A DNA stretch of 64,000 nucleotides from an uncultured delta proteobacterium (GCA_963848135.1 CAWKCK010000001.1:1-64000); one strand, 5' to 3'. Numbered from the stretch's first letter, positions 22,941-34,876 are shown. The notes: a model not told the origin generated them from the letters alone. Program-made: numbers and translations.

Positions 22941-23066
22941 TCACCCTTTGGGCGAGCCGCATTCGCCCATTAGCTGCGTTATCAGGGGCTTGCGGTACCA
23001 GAGTACAGCTGCGCCCCTGAATGCCTTGCAAATGAACGTATGCGACTCCTGAAAAATGCGGGGTCA
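22941..23066. mobile_element. MITE-like hairpin repeat
   Basis: Internal inverted repeat TCAGGGGC..GTAC/GTAC..GCCCCTGA; right end TGAAAAATGCGGGGTCA resembles half of the 32-bp palindrome. Confidence 0.55.
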
Positions 23067-25007
23067 ACCGGCTCTGCCACGCACCACGGTGATCAGACTT
23101 CCTTCCAAAATCATTTCCACCTGGCGATCTGTCAGGCTATGTAAGACGCGGATAGCCCGCTTTTTGGTTTTGTTGTGTACATCCATTTCACGACCGGTTT
23201 GAACAGCGTTGCGAATGTCATTTATGACCAGTTCATCGTTCTGGTCTATTTTGAGCCAATCTTCGGCGTGAAGAAACGTCAGCGGAAGAATGCCGAAGTT
23301 GATCAGGTTCTGCCAGTGGATGCGGGCAAAAGTTTTGGCGATGACGGCTCTGAGGCCGAGGTAGCGGGGTCCGAGAACGGCATGTTCCCGGCTCGATCCC
23401 TGGCCGTAGTTCTCTCCGCCGACCACGAAGAAATCTTTATGACCGTACTGAACGGCACGGTCATAAAAACGTTCGTCGATGCGGCTGAAGGTGAATTTGC
23501 TGATTTCAGGAATGTTGCTGCGAAACGGGAGAATCCGATTTCCGGCGGGCATGATCTCGTCGGTGGAGACATTATCACCCATTTTGAGGAGGACTTCCCC
23601 GGTCAGAGTCTCCGGCATCGGGTCGAATTTCGGTAACTCTTTGATGTTGGGACCCTTCTCAAGTTTAATCGCTGCCCGCTCAGCCGCTGGTAGGGGGGGA
23701 ATCAGCATTTCGGAATTGATCCTGATAGTGCGTGGTTCCACGAATTTTGGATACGGTCCGTCAAATTGTCGCGGATCGGTAATGACACCTGTCAGGGCGG
23801 AAACTGCCGCGGTTTCGGGGCTGCACAGGTATACTTGGTCGCCCTTGGTTCCCGATCGGCCGGGAAAATTGCGCGGAACGGTACGCAGGCTGATTTTTCC
23901 CGTGGCCGGTGCCTGCCCCATGCCGATGCATCCATTGCAACCAGGCTGGTGGATGCGGGCACCGGCGTGAATCAATTTTTCAAGATACCCCCGGCGGACG
24001 AGGTTTTCGAGGATCTGGCGGGAGGTTGGATTAATATCGAGCGAAACCCGATCGACCACCTGCCGTTCGGCCACGATCAGTGCGGTGATGGCGAAATCTC
24101 GGAAGCCCGGATTGGCCGATGAACCGATGTAGGACTGATAAATTTCCCGACCGGCGACTTCGCGGACCGGTACGACGCTTCCGGGACTGCTCGGTTTGGC
24201 GATAAGGGGCTCGAGTGCGGTCAGGTTGATCTCGTCCTCGAGATCGTAATCGGCATCACGGTCCGCTTCCAGTTTCTTCCAGGCACTCTCCCGCTCTTGC
24301 AGCTTCAGGAATCGCCGCACGGCTGCATCCGAAGGGAATACCGTGGTCGTCGCCCCCAGCTCCGCTCCCATATTAGCGATCACATGGCGGTCCATCGCCG
24401 TCAGACATTTCAATCCGGGGCCTGTATATTCGATTATTTTGCCGACGCCGCCGTTGACTCCGTAGCGGCGGAGCATTTCAAGGATAACGTCCTTGGCGCT
24501 GACCCAATCTGGCAGTTTACCCGTCAGTCTGATACCCCAGATCAGAGGCATTTTCAGATAGAAAGGCTCCCCGGCCATAGCCATGGCCACTTCGAGACCG
24601 CCGGCCCCCATTGCCAGCATTCCCAGGGCACCGGCGGCCGGCGTGTGGCTGTCCGAGCCCAGAAGGGTAGTTCCCGGGACACCGAAGCGTTCCATGTGTA
24701 CCGTATGGCTGACCCCGTTTCCCGGGCGGCTGTACCACAGTCCGAACTTTCGGCAGGCGCTGCGAAGAAAAAGGTGGTCGTCGGCGTTTTTAAAATCCGT
24801 CTGCAGCAGATTGTGATCCACATACTGTGCTGAGAGCGTTGTTTTGACCGACGGAATTTGCATGGCTTCAAATTCAAGCATCACCATGGTTCCGGTGGCA
24901 TCCTGGGTGAGGGTTTGATCGATTTTGAGACCGATTTCTTCTCCTGGTTTCATTCGCCCCTTTACCAAATGAGATTCAATTAGCTTCCAGGCCACGGAGT
25001 ATCCCAT
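23064..25007 (-). CDS. Aconitate hydratase (single-chain, about 650-aa type)
   Basis: TQDATG, DHN, GSDSHT, GCNGCIGMG, RNFPGRSG, STDEIMPAG, NYGQGSSREHA. Confidence 0.92.
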   Translation of the reverse strand: MGYSVAWKLIESHLVKGRMKPGEEIGLKIDQTLTQDATGTMVMLEFEAMQIPSVKTTLSAQYVDHNLLQTDFKNADDHLFLRSACRKFGLWYSRPGNGVSHTVHMERFGVPGTTLLGSDSHTPAAGALGMLAMGAGGLEVAMAMAGEPFYLKMPLIWGIRLTGKLPDWVSAKDVILEMLRRYGVNGGVGKIIEYTGPGLKCLTAMDRHVIANMGAELGATTTVFPSDAAVRRFLKLQERESAWKKLEADRDADYDLEDEINLTALEPLIAKPSSPGSVVPVREVAGREIYQSYIGSSANPGFRDFAITALIVAERQVVDRVSLDINPTSRQILENLVRRGYLEKLIHAGARIHQPGCNGCIGMGQAPATGKISLRTVPRNFPGRSGTKGDQVYLCSPETAAVSALTGVITDPRQFDGPYPKFVEPRTIRINSEMLIPPLPAAERAAIKLEKGPNIKELPKFDPMPETLTGEVLLKMGDNVSTDEIMPAGNRILPFRSNIPEISKFTFSRIDERFYDRAVQYGHKDFFVVGGENYGQGSSREHAVLGPRYLGLRAVIAKTFARIHWQNLINFGILPLTFLHAEDWLKIDQNDELVINDIRNAVQTGREMDVHNKTKKRAIRVLHSLTDRQVEMILEGSLITVVRGRAG

Positions 25008-25012
25008 GATGT

Positions 25013-26008
25013 CTACCTCCTTGTGCCGATTATACGTCGGACGTTTTCCATGATTGGCGTGGCTATTTTACGGGCCTCTGCTGCGCCCCTTGCGAGTATT
25101 TGGTCTATCCGGTCCGGGGTTCCCAGAAGGTTTAGGTACGTGGCGCGCAGCGGCTTGAATTTTTCCTCCAGAACACCCAGTAAGTCTTGTTTGATGACGC
25201 TATAGGCCAGCCCGCCCATGCTGTAGTCTCGCCGCGTCCTTTTAACCGATTGCGGTGAAGCGAAGTGCTTGTAAATGGCAAAAACATTGCAACCATCCGG
25301 GTTTTTGGGTTCCTCGGGCCGTCTGGAATCGGTCACAATTCTCATCACCCGCTTGCGGAGGAGACCCGGTTCGGCGAAGATGGGAATGGTGTTTCCATAT
25401 GCCTTGCTCATTTTTCGGCCGTCTATCCCCGGAATCGTCATGACGTCGCTGCGGATCAACTGTTCAGGAAGGGAAAACACATGCCCATAGGTCTGGTTGA
25501 CCATCGCAGCGATGTCCCGGGCGATTTCCACGTGTTGCTTCTGGTCGCTTCCAACAGGAACGATCCGGGATCCGAAGAGCAAAATATCGGCAGCCATCAG
25601 CACCGGGTAATTAAAGAGTCCTGAGTTGATGTCCGTATCCGGACTGCGCCCCTTCTCAACGTTGGCGGCTATGCCGCCTTATAAGCGTGCGCCCTGTTAA
25701 GAAGACCTTTGGCGGTAAAGCATGAGAGGATCCACGCCAGTTCGAAAATTTCCGGGATGTCGGACTGGCGAAAGAAAATGATCTTGCGGTGATTCAGGCC
25801 CAAAGCCAACCAGGTGGCCGCCACCTCGTAGACCTGCCGCGCTCAGTTCTTTACGGTCCTTCACGGTAATCAGGGCATGGTAATCGGCAATGAAGTAGAG
25901 GGCTTGGTAGTCATCAACCAGCTCGAGAGCTGGCTTGATCATCCCGAGGTAGTTTCCGATATGGGGGGTGCCGGTGGGCTTTATGCCGGTCAAAGCAATT
26001 TTTTTCAT
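25013..26008 (-). CDS. trpS: Tryptophanyl-tRNA synthetase, frameshifted
   Basis: [49 protein letters not shown]. Confidence 0.92.
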
Positions 26009-26304
26009 CGTGCACCGTTGTGGAGCCCGATTGTCCGAGTGAGCCGTCTGCGATACGGGTTGGTCATTCGGTTCAGGCAGCCCATTCCTTAAATTAGAGT
26101 AACATCAAACAAATGACTGTCAAGCCGCTCGATTACCACACATTCTTACCATGGCGGCCTTTACTCATTTCCAGACAAATGCTATTAATTTGAGTTACAG
26201 GCGTCTCCCGGGGGCATCCGCAAAGTCGGTGGTCGACCCGGATCATCGCGGGCGGAGGTATGCTGCGCAAACTGATAAAACGTTAGTATCCTGGATGACC
26301 GATA

Positions 26305-26958
26305 GTGAAAAAACGTCGCATTATCATTGCTGAAGATCACACAATTCTCAGAGAAGGGCTGCGGGCACTTCTGGACCATCACACCGATCTTGAAATCATC
26401 GGTGAGGCCGAAGACGGTCTGGAGGCGATTCGCCGGGTAGAAAAGCTGATGCCGGATCTTTTACTGATGGATCTCTCCATGCCCCGAATGAGCGGTATGG
26501 CGGCCCTCAAGGACATTAAGAAACGTTTTCCGGAAACCAAAGTCATCATCCTGACGGTTCATAAAACCGAAGAGTACATTCTGGCGGCCCTTCAGGCCGG
26601 TGCTGATGGATACGTACTCAAGGATGCCACCCATGGCGAACTGATCATGGCCATCCGGATCGTTCTGGACGGGAAACCTTATTTGAGTCCCAGCATATCG
26701 AAGAAGGTCATCGAGGGATATCTGAACGGTAAAAAACGCTGCGGGATGGAAACGTCCTGGGATACTTTATCACAGAGAGAGCGGGAAATTTTGAAGCTGA
26801 TTGCCGAGGGGTATAAGAACAAGGAAATCGCCGCATTTTTAGGTATCAGCTTAAAGACCGTTCAAAAGCATAGGGCCAACCTGATGAAAAAGCTCAACCT
26901 GCACAATGCTGCGGCGTTGACATCTTTTGCGTTGGACAAGAACCTGATTGCCCGATAG
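26305..26958 (+). CDS. NarL/LuxR-family response regulator
   Basis: AEDH, MDLSMP, GYVLK; LSQREREILKLIAEG HTH. Confidence 0.93.
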   Translation: MKKRRIIIAEDHTILREGLRALLDHHTDLEIIGEAEDGLEAIRRVEKLMPDLLLMDLSMPRMSGMAALKDIKKRFPETKVIILTVHKTEEYILAALQAGADGYVLKDATHGELIMAIRIVLDGKPYLSPSISKKVIEGYLNGKKRCGMETSWDTLSQREREILKLIAEGYKNKEIAAFLGISLKTVQKHRANLMKKLNLHNAAALTSFALDKNLIAR

Positions 26959-27127
26959 CCCGGAAATCACCGGCCTGAATAAAACCTAAAGTGAGCGTAA
27001 TACAAATTTTAAGGGATAAATGCTTATTTACGGAAGGAATTCTATCAAGTGTTGATTATAAAAGAAACCTCTCGACAATCGTCAAGATTAGGTAAAATCC
27101 TATGAAATTGCCGGAAGAGAAGAGCGT

Positions 27128-29633
27128 TCAACCGGCAGGTTTTCCTTCCCGCGGGTCGAGAGACCACACGATCCGAATTTCCGTACCGTTTTTTTCCCCT
27201 GAAATAACACAGAAACGGCCGCCGGACAGTTCACTGCGCTCTCGCATACTGGCCAGGCCAAAACCTCTTTCCGACCGGTTCAGCGATGCCACCTGTTCCG
27301 GGTCGAAACCGATCCCGTTGTCGCGAATGACAAGCTCAATCATGCCCTCTTTTTTGACCAGGTGGAGCGCGACCCGTTTGGCGCGACTGTGTTTGGCCAC
27401 GTTGTTGAGAGCCTCCTGCAAGACCCTGTAGATGACCGTTTTAAATTTCTCAGGAATATCCTCTTCAGCCAGCGCAATGGTCTGTTGGATGCAGATACCG
27501 GTATGGATGGTTTGGAACTCTCGACAAAACCAGTTGAGCGTCGCCAGAATGCCCAGATCATCCAGGATTGACGGGCGCAGGTCCTTGACAATCCGGCGCA
27601 CTTCATCGATGGTTTTCTGTGTGAAGGGAATGATGTGCGCCAATTTTTCGATGTCCACCGACGTCGGATTGCGCTTCAGCGACCGAAGGGTATGCTCGAC
27701 ACCGATTTTTATGGCGGTCAAGGCCTGGCCGATACCATCGTGCAGCTCACGGGCAATCCTTTTTCGTTCAGCTTCTTCGGCCGATAACAGGCGACTGGAA
27801 AGCAGCCGCAGCTCGTTTTCGGATTTACGCAGGGCCAATTCCACCTGTTCCCGCTCTACAATCTGACGGACAAGTTCCCGGTTTGTCTTCGCCAACTCGG
27901 CTGTACGGGATTTGACACGTTTTTCGAGAACCTCATTCGATGCCCGCAGTTCTTCCTCAGCCCGTACCCTTTTTATGGCGGCCCCCAGCTGCAGGGCCGC
28001 ATCTTCGAGAATCTGGACCAATTCCAGCGGTACCATGTCATTGCGGGTATCGGCCACGTGGATCAGCCCAAGGACTTCGTCGCCGAGGCGGATCGGTATG
28101 AGGGCCAGTGATTCGTAACCGTAATTATTACACACACGACACGGCCAACCGCGGTCGGCAGCGGGCGAATCGCTCAAAAAGTCGCTGGTTCCGTTTACTT
28201 GAAATGAGCCGCCTGGGGTGAAATAGGGAAGTTTGGGGTCGCCCTTTTTGCGGACAACCTGAATGCAGGTGCTGTTGCCGTTACGTATCGAAAGCGGATT
28301 TTCGGCATCGTAGAAAGCCTGTGAAAAACCAGTGTAGGCCACAAAGGGAATATTGCCATATCGATCGAGGATGCGCATGCCGACGGCCTCACACCCGCTC
28401 AATGATTGAATTTCGGCCACAAACTCCTTTAGAAGCGGTTGCATCTCTAAATGGCGGTTGGAAATTTGAAGAAAACTGTGAGAGGCTTGTTGCTTTTTCT
28501 CTGTTATTTTTAGATCACTGATGTCCTGGATCACCGAAAGCAGATGCAACCGGTTGTTCAGAGAAATGATTTTAGCCGACACCAGTCCGGTTTTAATTCG
28601 GCCGTCGCGGTCGCGGAAATCGGCCGCCATATTGTTGACTTCACCGGCATTCCGAATCTTTGTCACCATTATATCCCGGTCTTCAGGGTTGGCCCAGATT
28701 TGAATGTCCAGGGCCGATTTTCCAATGACATCCTTTTTTCTATAGCCACTGAACCGGCTGAAGCTTGTGTTGACATCGACGATAATTCCGGAGTCGATTT
28801 TGCTGATAGCCGTAGGGTTGGGGCTGGTATCAAAAGCGACCCGGAAACGTTCTTCACTTTCCTTCAACGCCAGTTCGTCGCGTTTGCGGTTGGTGATGTC
28901 CCGCAGTATTTCCAATTTGCGCAAGCTGCCGTCTACAGTTTGCAGCGGTGTGTCAAGCAGGTCGAAGGTTTTGCGGGTTTTGTCTGAGTACCATTCCCAG
29001 CGGACCGATTTTCCGGACATCACCTCGTCATTCTTGCACCAGGGGCAGACCGATTCTTTACTATGGAAATATTCATAACACTTGCGGTTATTGAGTGGAC
29101 CAAAGTGTTTTTCAAGCGCTGGATTGACGAAATTAATTTCGTGCCGTTCGTTTACGATGCAGACACCGTCTTCCATTGAATTAAGGATATTGGTCAGATT
29201 GTCCCGTTCAATGCTGAGCGCAGCGGCGATGTCCTTATGGGCAGTAAAGTCCACAAAAGCGGTCATCAGGAAAGGTCGGTTGCCGGCAGGATTCTGAGAG
29301 ACAAGGCTTTGGACTCCTGGCGAAGAGGCTCCGGCCACCGATGCCCTTGAATTCCAAATCAACCGTCTCGCGACGGCCGGATTCAAATGAACGACGGAGA
29401 TGGGATTCAAATCGGGATTGATGTTTTGGGGCGATCAATTCGGCAAAATTAATGCCCACCAACTCCCGGCAGGTTTTATCGAGTATTTTTTCCGCTGTGC
29501 GGTTGATCCTTAAGATTCTACCCGTGGGCCTTATGAGTGCATAGCCGAAGGGAGCGACCATGAACAGGTCATCGTCGTCAACGTTTCTTTCAGCATCTGC
29601 GGGCCAGGCAGCATGGCACTCATCAGGGGGCAT
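27128..29633 (-). CDS. PAS/GAF sensor histidine kinase (HisKA_3), frameshift near the 5' end
   Basis: ERKRIARELHDGIGQ, QEALNNVAKHS, DNGIGF, GFGLASMRER; PAS repeats in 29235-29633 and 27128-29410. Confidence 0.9.
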
Positions 29634-29641
29634 GGTTTATT

Positions 29642-29908
29642 CTACTCCATTGCCGATTTCAATGTATGCTTCAGGCGCGCACGGGCGTCATGTGGCAGGG
29701 TCACAGAAGTTTCGAGGGCGTTTCCGAAGGGTTGCGTGTATTGGGCCATTGACCGGATCAGCAGAAGCTGCCGGTGAAACCGGGCGCAATAGCGGCACAT
29801 CACAAGGTGCACGCGGACCATCATGCGCTCAAGCATCGGCAGTTGATGATCAAGCGATTCGGAGACTTTGTGGGAGACTTCTTTACAGTTGAACATCCAG
29901 TGTTCCAT
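29642..29908 (-). CDS. zf-HC2 anti-sigma factor
   Basis: NCKEV...HLVMCRYC motif directly downstream of ECF sigma. Confidence 0.88.
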   Translation of the reverse strand: MEHWMFNCKEVSHKVSESLDHQLPMLERMMVRVHLVMCRYCARFHRQLLLIRSMAQYTQPFGNALETSVTLPHDARARLKHTLKSAME

Positions 29909-30513
29909 TATTCAGCTTCTCCAGCTGGTTTGTTGAACCATGTAATTTCCAGGCAGCGGCGTAAATATGTGCGGGCTCTGTATAGCATGACCCAACTGTT
30001 GGTCGCCGATATTTGCATCGACTTACAGAGTTCCTCGGTGCTCAGCCCTTCCATCTCCCGCAGCATGAAGGCCCGGGCCAACCGTTCAGGCAGCTGGGCC
30101 AGGCACTTAAGCAAGACGTTCATAAACTCCCGTTGCTCGAAAATTTTAGCGGGATTGACATCCCATTTTTCCGGCCGGATTTTCCAACTGCCGGAGTTTT
30201 TAAAAAAACCGTCGGTGGATTCCGAGACCGTTTCGATGTCCTCTATCACCAGTTCGCGGTGTTTTTTCCGAAAATAGTCGACAATCTTATGCTTGAGGAT
30301 GGCGGTCAGCCATGTGTGGCCGCTTGAACGGTGTTTGAATTTTTGTAGGCCTCTCAGTGCCGCCAGAAATGTTTCTTGGACCAGATCTTCGGCGACTCCC
30401 GGATCCTTGACCCGCGAAAGTGCAAAGCGGTAGAGATAGTCACCGTAGCGATCGACCCAGGTTTCGGGTTTTAGAATGTGATCTTCTTCCGCTTTAAATT
30501 TGCTTATCCGCAT
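29908..30513 (-). CDS. ECF sigma-70 factor
   Basis: AEDLVQETFLAA, TWLTAILKHKIVD, WVMLYRAR. Confidence 0.92.
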   Translation of the reverse strand: MRISKFKAEEDHILKPETWVDRYGDYLYRFALSRVKDPGVAEDLVQETFLAALRGLQKFKHRSSGHTWLTAILKHKIVDYFRKKHRELVIEDIETVSESTDGFFKNSGSWKIRPEKWDVNPAKIFEQREFMNVLLKCLAQLPERLARAFMLREMEGLSTEELCKSMQISATNSWVMLYRARTYLRRCLEITWFNKPAGEAE

Positions 30514-30754
30514 GGTGTTCGCTCGAGGATGAGAATATGATGGCAATTCTTCTATTTGGCAGAACTGTTAAATGGCCTGAAGGGTTAACTGTTAGGGTTA
30601 CAAATTTTAAAATCAAACTATGATAGAATTCCTTACATATAAGGCAGTTTTCCCGCCATTTTAAATTTAAAACGCGCACTTTAGGGGTTACTATCACGGT
30701 TTTATCGTTGTGTCAGTATTGGCCCGGCAAATAAATTTTCATGCATAACGCGGA

Positions 30755-31225
30755 TTAGCTGATAATGTTGTAGACTTTGGATTCTTCTTCGGAAAAAGCT
30801 TTAATCTGTTCCAAATGGCGTCGGTTAAGGGCCGTGAACCTGGCGCCGAAGCCCTGGGTTCCGCTCCAGACAATCGTCGCCTGGGTGCTATAGGGCTGCG
30901 TCAGGCGGGGCAGAGTGAAATTGAGGGTGATCTTCTGGTCGATGGCAAAGGGCGCATCAGACTCGATGAACACACCGAAGGCATTGATGTCCAGAATGAA
31001 GCCGGAATGGACTGTCCCCTCAACCTGGTAGTCGACACCGATCAGGCAGTGCCGACGAGAATCGGTCCGTTTTTCGGAGATCAGATCGCCCTTGATATGT
31101 TGAGGAAGCTTTGACTCCAGGTGGCGGAGTAATTTCAGCTGCATGTCTTCCGGCATGCGGTCGACGAGAGCCATGATCCGGTTGCGGGTGTTCCTGCCAC
31201 CGGGAATTGAAATCGTATCCGGCAT
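30755..31225 (-). CDS. PilZ-domain protein
   Basis: KRTDSR (RxxxR) and DINAFG (DxxxxG) motifs. Confidence 0.85.
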   Translation of the reverse strand: MPDTISIPGGRNTRNRIMALVDRMPEDMQLKLLRHLESKLPQHIKGDLISEKRTDSRRHCLIGVDYQVEGTVHSGFILDINAFGVFIESDAPFAIDQKITLNFTLPRLTQPYSTQATIVWSGTQGFGARFTALNRRHLEQIKAFSEEESKVYNIIS

Positions 31226-31483
31226 GGGGTTGACCTTTCGAGAATAAACGTCACTGCTGGCGGAAGTTAGTTTCCGTCCATGTATCCTACGCTATCCGGT
31301 CGCATTTTTCAATATTCCACCGGAGCCCGCATTTCGATTCGTTTTCTGGTTCTGACAGAAAATTCGTTCCGGAAGGTGCAGAGAAAGAGCCGGTCTTATC
31401 AAGAGGCCCTCCTTGTATGGATGGCGCGTTTTTTCGCAGGAATACTTGGAGCAGGGCGCAAGGGTCAGCTTGTTTCAGATACC

Positions 31484-31515
31484 TAGCCCGAATATTTCAT
31501 GAAATATTCGGGCTA
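31484..31515. repeat. 32-bp perfect palindrome, copy 2
   Basis: TAGCCCGAATATTTCA|TGAAATATTCGGGCTA, no loop. Confidence 0.9.
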
Positions 31516-31722
31516 AAAAGGTTCAGCATCTGGCACGCTGAGTTCGATCATCTTCAGGCTGGCCAGGATCCGGGCCGCATTCTTGGATAAAGCAGGGAAA
31601 CGGTCTCCCAGCCGGTGTAGGTTTTCCGCTGAACAACGGATATTCCGGATATCTGCTGCGATTTTATGTATATCCGGCAGTTCCTCCCATAGCCCTTGCT
31701 TTTGAGCATCGGTTTGTGTCAC
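31513..31722 (-). CDS. Small helical hypothetical protein, paralog of 41615-41818
   Basis: 3 bp after CoA ligase; FPALSKNAARILASLKMIELSVPD aligns with IPVIEKNIRSIMATTTLLEYGISD. Confidence 0.75.
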   Translation of the reverse strand: MTQTDAQKQGLWEELPDIHKIAADIRNIRCSAENLHRLGDRFPALSKNAARILASLKMIELSVPDAEPF

Positions 31723-31725
31723 GGA

Positions 31726-33063
31726 CTATCCTTTCTTTTTCCGGAGGTCTTTGAACCGTTTGGCCTTTACATCGTATCGCGGGAGTCCGCCAAAGTCGTA
31801 AAATTCTATTCGATAGGCCAGGTTCGTTTTCAGGCGCAACTGATCTTTTAATTTGGCCTCGATTTCCTTCTGCCGATTGAGTGCTTCCGGAATCAACTCC
31901 ACTTTGAGTTTGATTCGATCCGTTTCCCCCAAACGATCCACCACGACTTCATATTCATCGCCCAGGTCGTCGATCCCCCGGACCACCTCTTCGATAGCCC
32001 CCGGCGCCAAAAGAACCCCTTTGACTTTGGTGATATCATCGGCTCTTCCCAGAACACCACCACGAATCAGGCGAAAGGTGCGGCCGCAGGGACAGGGGGT
32101 GGGATCCCACTGGATGATATCCTTGGAATCGAACCGGATGCACGGCTGCGCCATTCGATCCAAGGCCGTGATCACCATTTTGCCTTTGCGCCCGGGTTCT
32201 TCGATAATTTCACCGGTTTCCACGTCCTCGATTTCAACGAGAAAAAAGGCTTCGTTGACGTGCAGCCCGCCGGGTTGGTGGGCACATTCGAAAGACCAGG
32301 CACCGATTTCGGTGGCGCCTGCGTGATCGAAGACCTTGGCGCCCCAGGCCGATTCCATGCGCTTTTTGGTACTCGGAATGCTGGCGCCCGGCTCTCCTGC
32401 GCAAGTGATTTTATCGATCGTTAACTGGGAGGGATCCATGCCCAGCTTTGTATTCGCGACCTCCGCCATTCCCAATATGTAGGTGGGGGTCGCCATCATG
32501 GCCGTGGCCTCGAGCTCTTGAATTTTAAGGATTCGCGCCTGGGTGTCGAGAACACCGCCGGGCACTACTTCGCAGCCGATTTTTTCGGCGGCGTAATGCC
32601 CGGCCCAGAATGCCACGAAGACGTTGTATCCGAAGGGGATGAAGACCCTGTCTTTCGGGCGGTAGCCTTGGGCCCAGAGAATATAGGACCAGCATTCAGC
32701 CCACCATTCCCAGTCCTGCCACGTGTCCGCTTGGTAGACCGGTTGACCGGTCGTGCCACTGGTCTGCCTGAATTCGCTGACCGCCTCGAGGGGGACACAA
32801 AGAGCATCTCCGTAGGGAAAGGGGGCTTTTCTTTGAACATCCCGCATCATCGATTTTTCCACTTTTGGAATTCGCGCTATATCCTGAAAGGTCCTGATAT
32901 CTTGGGGGGTGACTCCCGCGGCATCGTAGAGACGGCGGTGAAACCGGGATTGCTCGTAGGCCCAGGAAAAAATATTCTTGAATTTATCGAATTGAATCAG
33001 ACGCAGGCGATCGGAGGGGAGGCATTCGAGGTATGGATTCCAGTAGGGTTGCTCGGACGTCAT
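31726..33063 (-). CDS. Phenylacetate-CoA ligase family enzyme 1
   Basis: QTSGTTGQP, AGEPG, DHAGATE, GRADDITKVKGV, KAKRFKD. Confidence 0.92.
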   Translation of the reverse strand: MTSEQPYWNPYLECLPSDRLRLIQFDKFKNIFSWAYEQSRFHRRLYDAAGVTPQDIRTFQDIARIPKVEKSMMRDVQRKAPFPYGDALCVPLEAVSEFRQTSGTTGQPVYQADTWQDWEWWAECWSYILWAQGYRPKDRVFIPFGYNVFVAFWAGHYAAEKIGCEVVPGGVLDTQARILKIQELEATAMMATPTYILGMAEVANTKLGMDPSQLTIDKITCAGEPGASIPSTKKRMESAWGAKVFDHAGATEIGAWSFECAHQPGGLHVNEAFFLVEIEDVETGEIIEEPGRKGKMVITALDRMAQPCIRFDSKDIIQWDPTPCPCGRTFRLIRGGVLGRADDITKVKGVLLAPGAIEEVVRGIDDLGDEYEVVVDRLGETDRIKLKVELIPEALNRQKEIEAKLKDQLRLKTNLAYRIEFYDFGGLPRYDVKAKRFKDLRKKKG

Positions 33064-33077
33064 GAATAGGCCCCTGT

Positions 33078-34391
33078 TTAATACATCAAGTTGGGAAGGT
33101 ATAAAATGATCTGGGGAAATAGAATCATTAATGCGATTCCGGCAATTACTGCGATTAAAAATGGGATAATGCCCCTGAATATTTTCTCTAACGGGATTCC
33201 GCCCACGGCACTTTTGGCAACACCATAAACCACGTATACGTTGATGCCCACCGGCGGTGTAATAACGCCCATCTGAGTCACAAGGACGATAATCACTCCA
33301 AACCAGATAGGGTCATACCCGAGATTGATGACCACTGGATAGAAAACAGGGATGGTCAGCATGACAAGGGCCAGGGCATCCATTACGCATCCACCGATGA
33401 AGTAGACGGCGATGATGGCGGTAAGGATCAGGAACGGAGGCAGATCAAAGCCTCCGATCCAGGAGGCGAGGTTGAAGGGGATCCGGGTGACGGCCAGGAA
33501 TTTGCCGAAGACCACGGCGGAGGCGATCAGGAACATCACCATGCAAGAGGTGCGCAGCGTTTCGTTGAGGGACTTGACAAATCCCTTCCAAGTCATCTGA
33601 CGCCGGAGAAGGGCGACGGCGAGGACACCGAAGGCGCCGACGCCGGCTGCCTCATTTGGGGTGAACAGCCCCTGGAACATCCCGCCCATCACCAAGAGGA
33701 ACACCAACAGGGTGTCGATCATGCCGGTCAAGGAGCGGATCTTCTGCCGGATAGTGAAAGATTCCCCACAGGGGCCTTGTTCCGGAGCCATGCGGCACCA
33801 GATGGTGATCGCGGTGATGAACAAAATAGTCATTAAGATGGCCGGGATGACGCCGGCCACAAATAGCGCCCCGATGGACTGCTCGGTCAGAACGCCGTAG
33901 ACGATCATCACCACCGAGGGCGGCATAATCATGCCGAGCCCTCCGCCGGCGGCTACGCACCCGGTGGAGAGCTCATCGGCATAATGGTAGCGTTTCATCT
34001 CGGGCAGGCCGACGGTGGCCATGGTGGCGGCGGTGGCCGGGCTGGACCCGCAGACCGCACCGAAAGCCGTACAGGCGGCGACGGTGGCCATCGCTAAACC
34101 TCCGTGGGTGCTGCCCATGAACTTGTAGGCGGTGTCGTAAAGGCGCCGGCTGATGCCGCTGTTGAACGCGAACTGGCCCATAAGGATGAACAATGGGATT
34201 GTGGTCAGCCCGTAAGAAGAGAAGGATTCATAGATGTTTCGCGACAGAAGTGTGAGCCCCCCCTGGAGTGATATCAATAGCGAGAACCCGATAAATCCAA
34301 CAAGGGCCATGACATAGGCGACCGGCATGCGGGTCATAAATATGGCCAACATCAGGACGATACCGATTATGCCGACCATTGTGGGGTTCAT
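33078..34391 (-). CDS. dctM: TRAP transporter large permease
   Basis: TIPLFILMG, GSSPATAA, GGLGMIMPPS, TPNEAAG, ITPPVG. Confidence 0.93.
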   Translation of the reverse strand: MNPTMVGIIGIVLMLAIFMTRMPVAYVMALVGFIGFSLLISLQGGLTLLSRNIYESFSSYGLTTIPLFILMGQFAFNSGISRRLYDTAYKFMGSTHGGLAMATVAACTAFGAVCGSSPATAATMATVGLPEMKRYHYADELSTGCVAAGGGLGMIMPPSVVMIVYGVLTEQSIGALFVAGVIPAILMTILFITAITIWCRMAPEQGPCGESFTIRQKIRSLTGMIDTLLVFLLVMGGMFQGLFTPNEAAGVGAFGVLAVALLRRQMTWKGFVKSLNETLRTSCMVMFLIASAVVFGKFLAVTRIPFNLASWIGGFDLPPFLILTAIIAVYFIGGCVMDALALVMLTIPVFYPVVINLGYDPIWFGVIIVLVTQMGVITPPVGINVYVVYGVAKSAVGGIPLEKIFRGIIPFLIAVIAGIALMILFPQIILYLPNLMY

Positions 34392-34876
34392 CGGGTGCCT
34401 CTCAGTTTTTTGACGTTCGCGAGGACGTCCTTGATGATCGTCAGGCTGAACAGCAGGAAGCAGACGGCAACGACGTAGATAATGAGATACTCAGGAAGCT
34501 GGAGGCTCATAGATACTGTCTTTGATTGGTGGATCGTATCTGCATAAAGTGCCATCTGCCAGGTGACGATGGCAAAGAGGATCAGGCTCGCGATCTGGGT
34601 GCAAAGCTCGATCATGACCTGTGTCCGTTGCGATAGAAGTTGAACCAGGACTTCCACCCCGATGTGAGCCCCGACCTGGTGCGTGTAAGGCAGGGCGAAG
34701 GCCACGGCCAAGGTGGCCATGAACCCCACCAACTCAACCGAACCGAAGATAGGATAGCCGAATTTGCGGCCAATCACATCCACGAAAGTCAGGAGCATCA
34801 TCCCTACCAGGCACCACAGCCCCATGATTCGCAACCCATCGCAAACCCATTGGACGGACTTAAAGAAAAGGTTCAT
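34388..34876 (-). CDS. dctQ: TRAP transporter small permease
   Basis: Four TM helices, DVIGR, HIGVE. Confidence 0.9.
   Translation of the reverse strand: MNLFFKSVQWVCDGLRIMGLWCLVGMMLLTFVDVIGRKFGYPIFGSVELVGFMATLAVAFALPYTHQVGAHIGVEVLVQLLSQRTQVMIELCTQIASLILFAIVTWQMALYADTIHQSKTVSMSLQLPEYLIIYVVAVCFLLFSLTIIKDVLANVKKLRGTR

Noticed and set aside
20916..26008. Programmed frameshifting in fumC or trpS
   Set aside because: No consistent slippery site with stimulator; similar indels occur across unrelated genes
31396..31480. TTATCAAGAG resembling the start of a SAM-I riboswitch
   Set aside because: Remaining conserved elements are absent and no plus-strand gene follows
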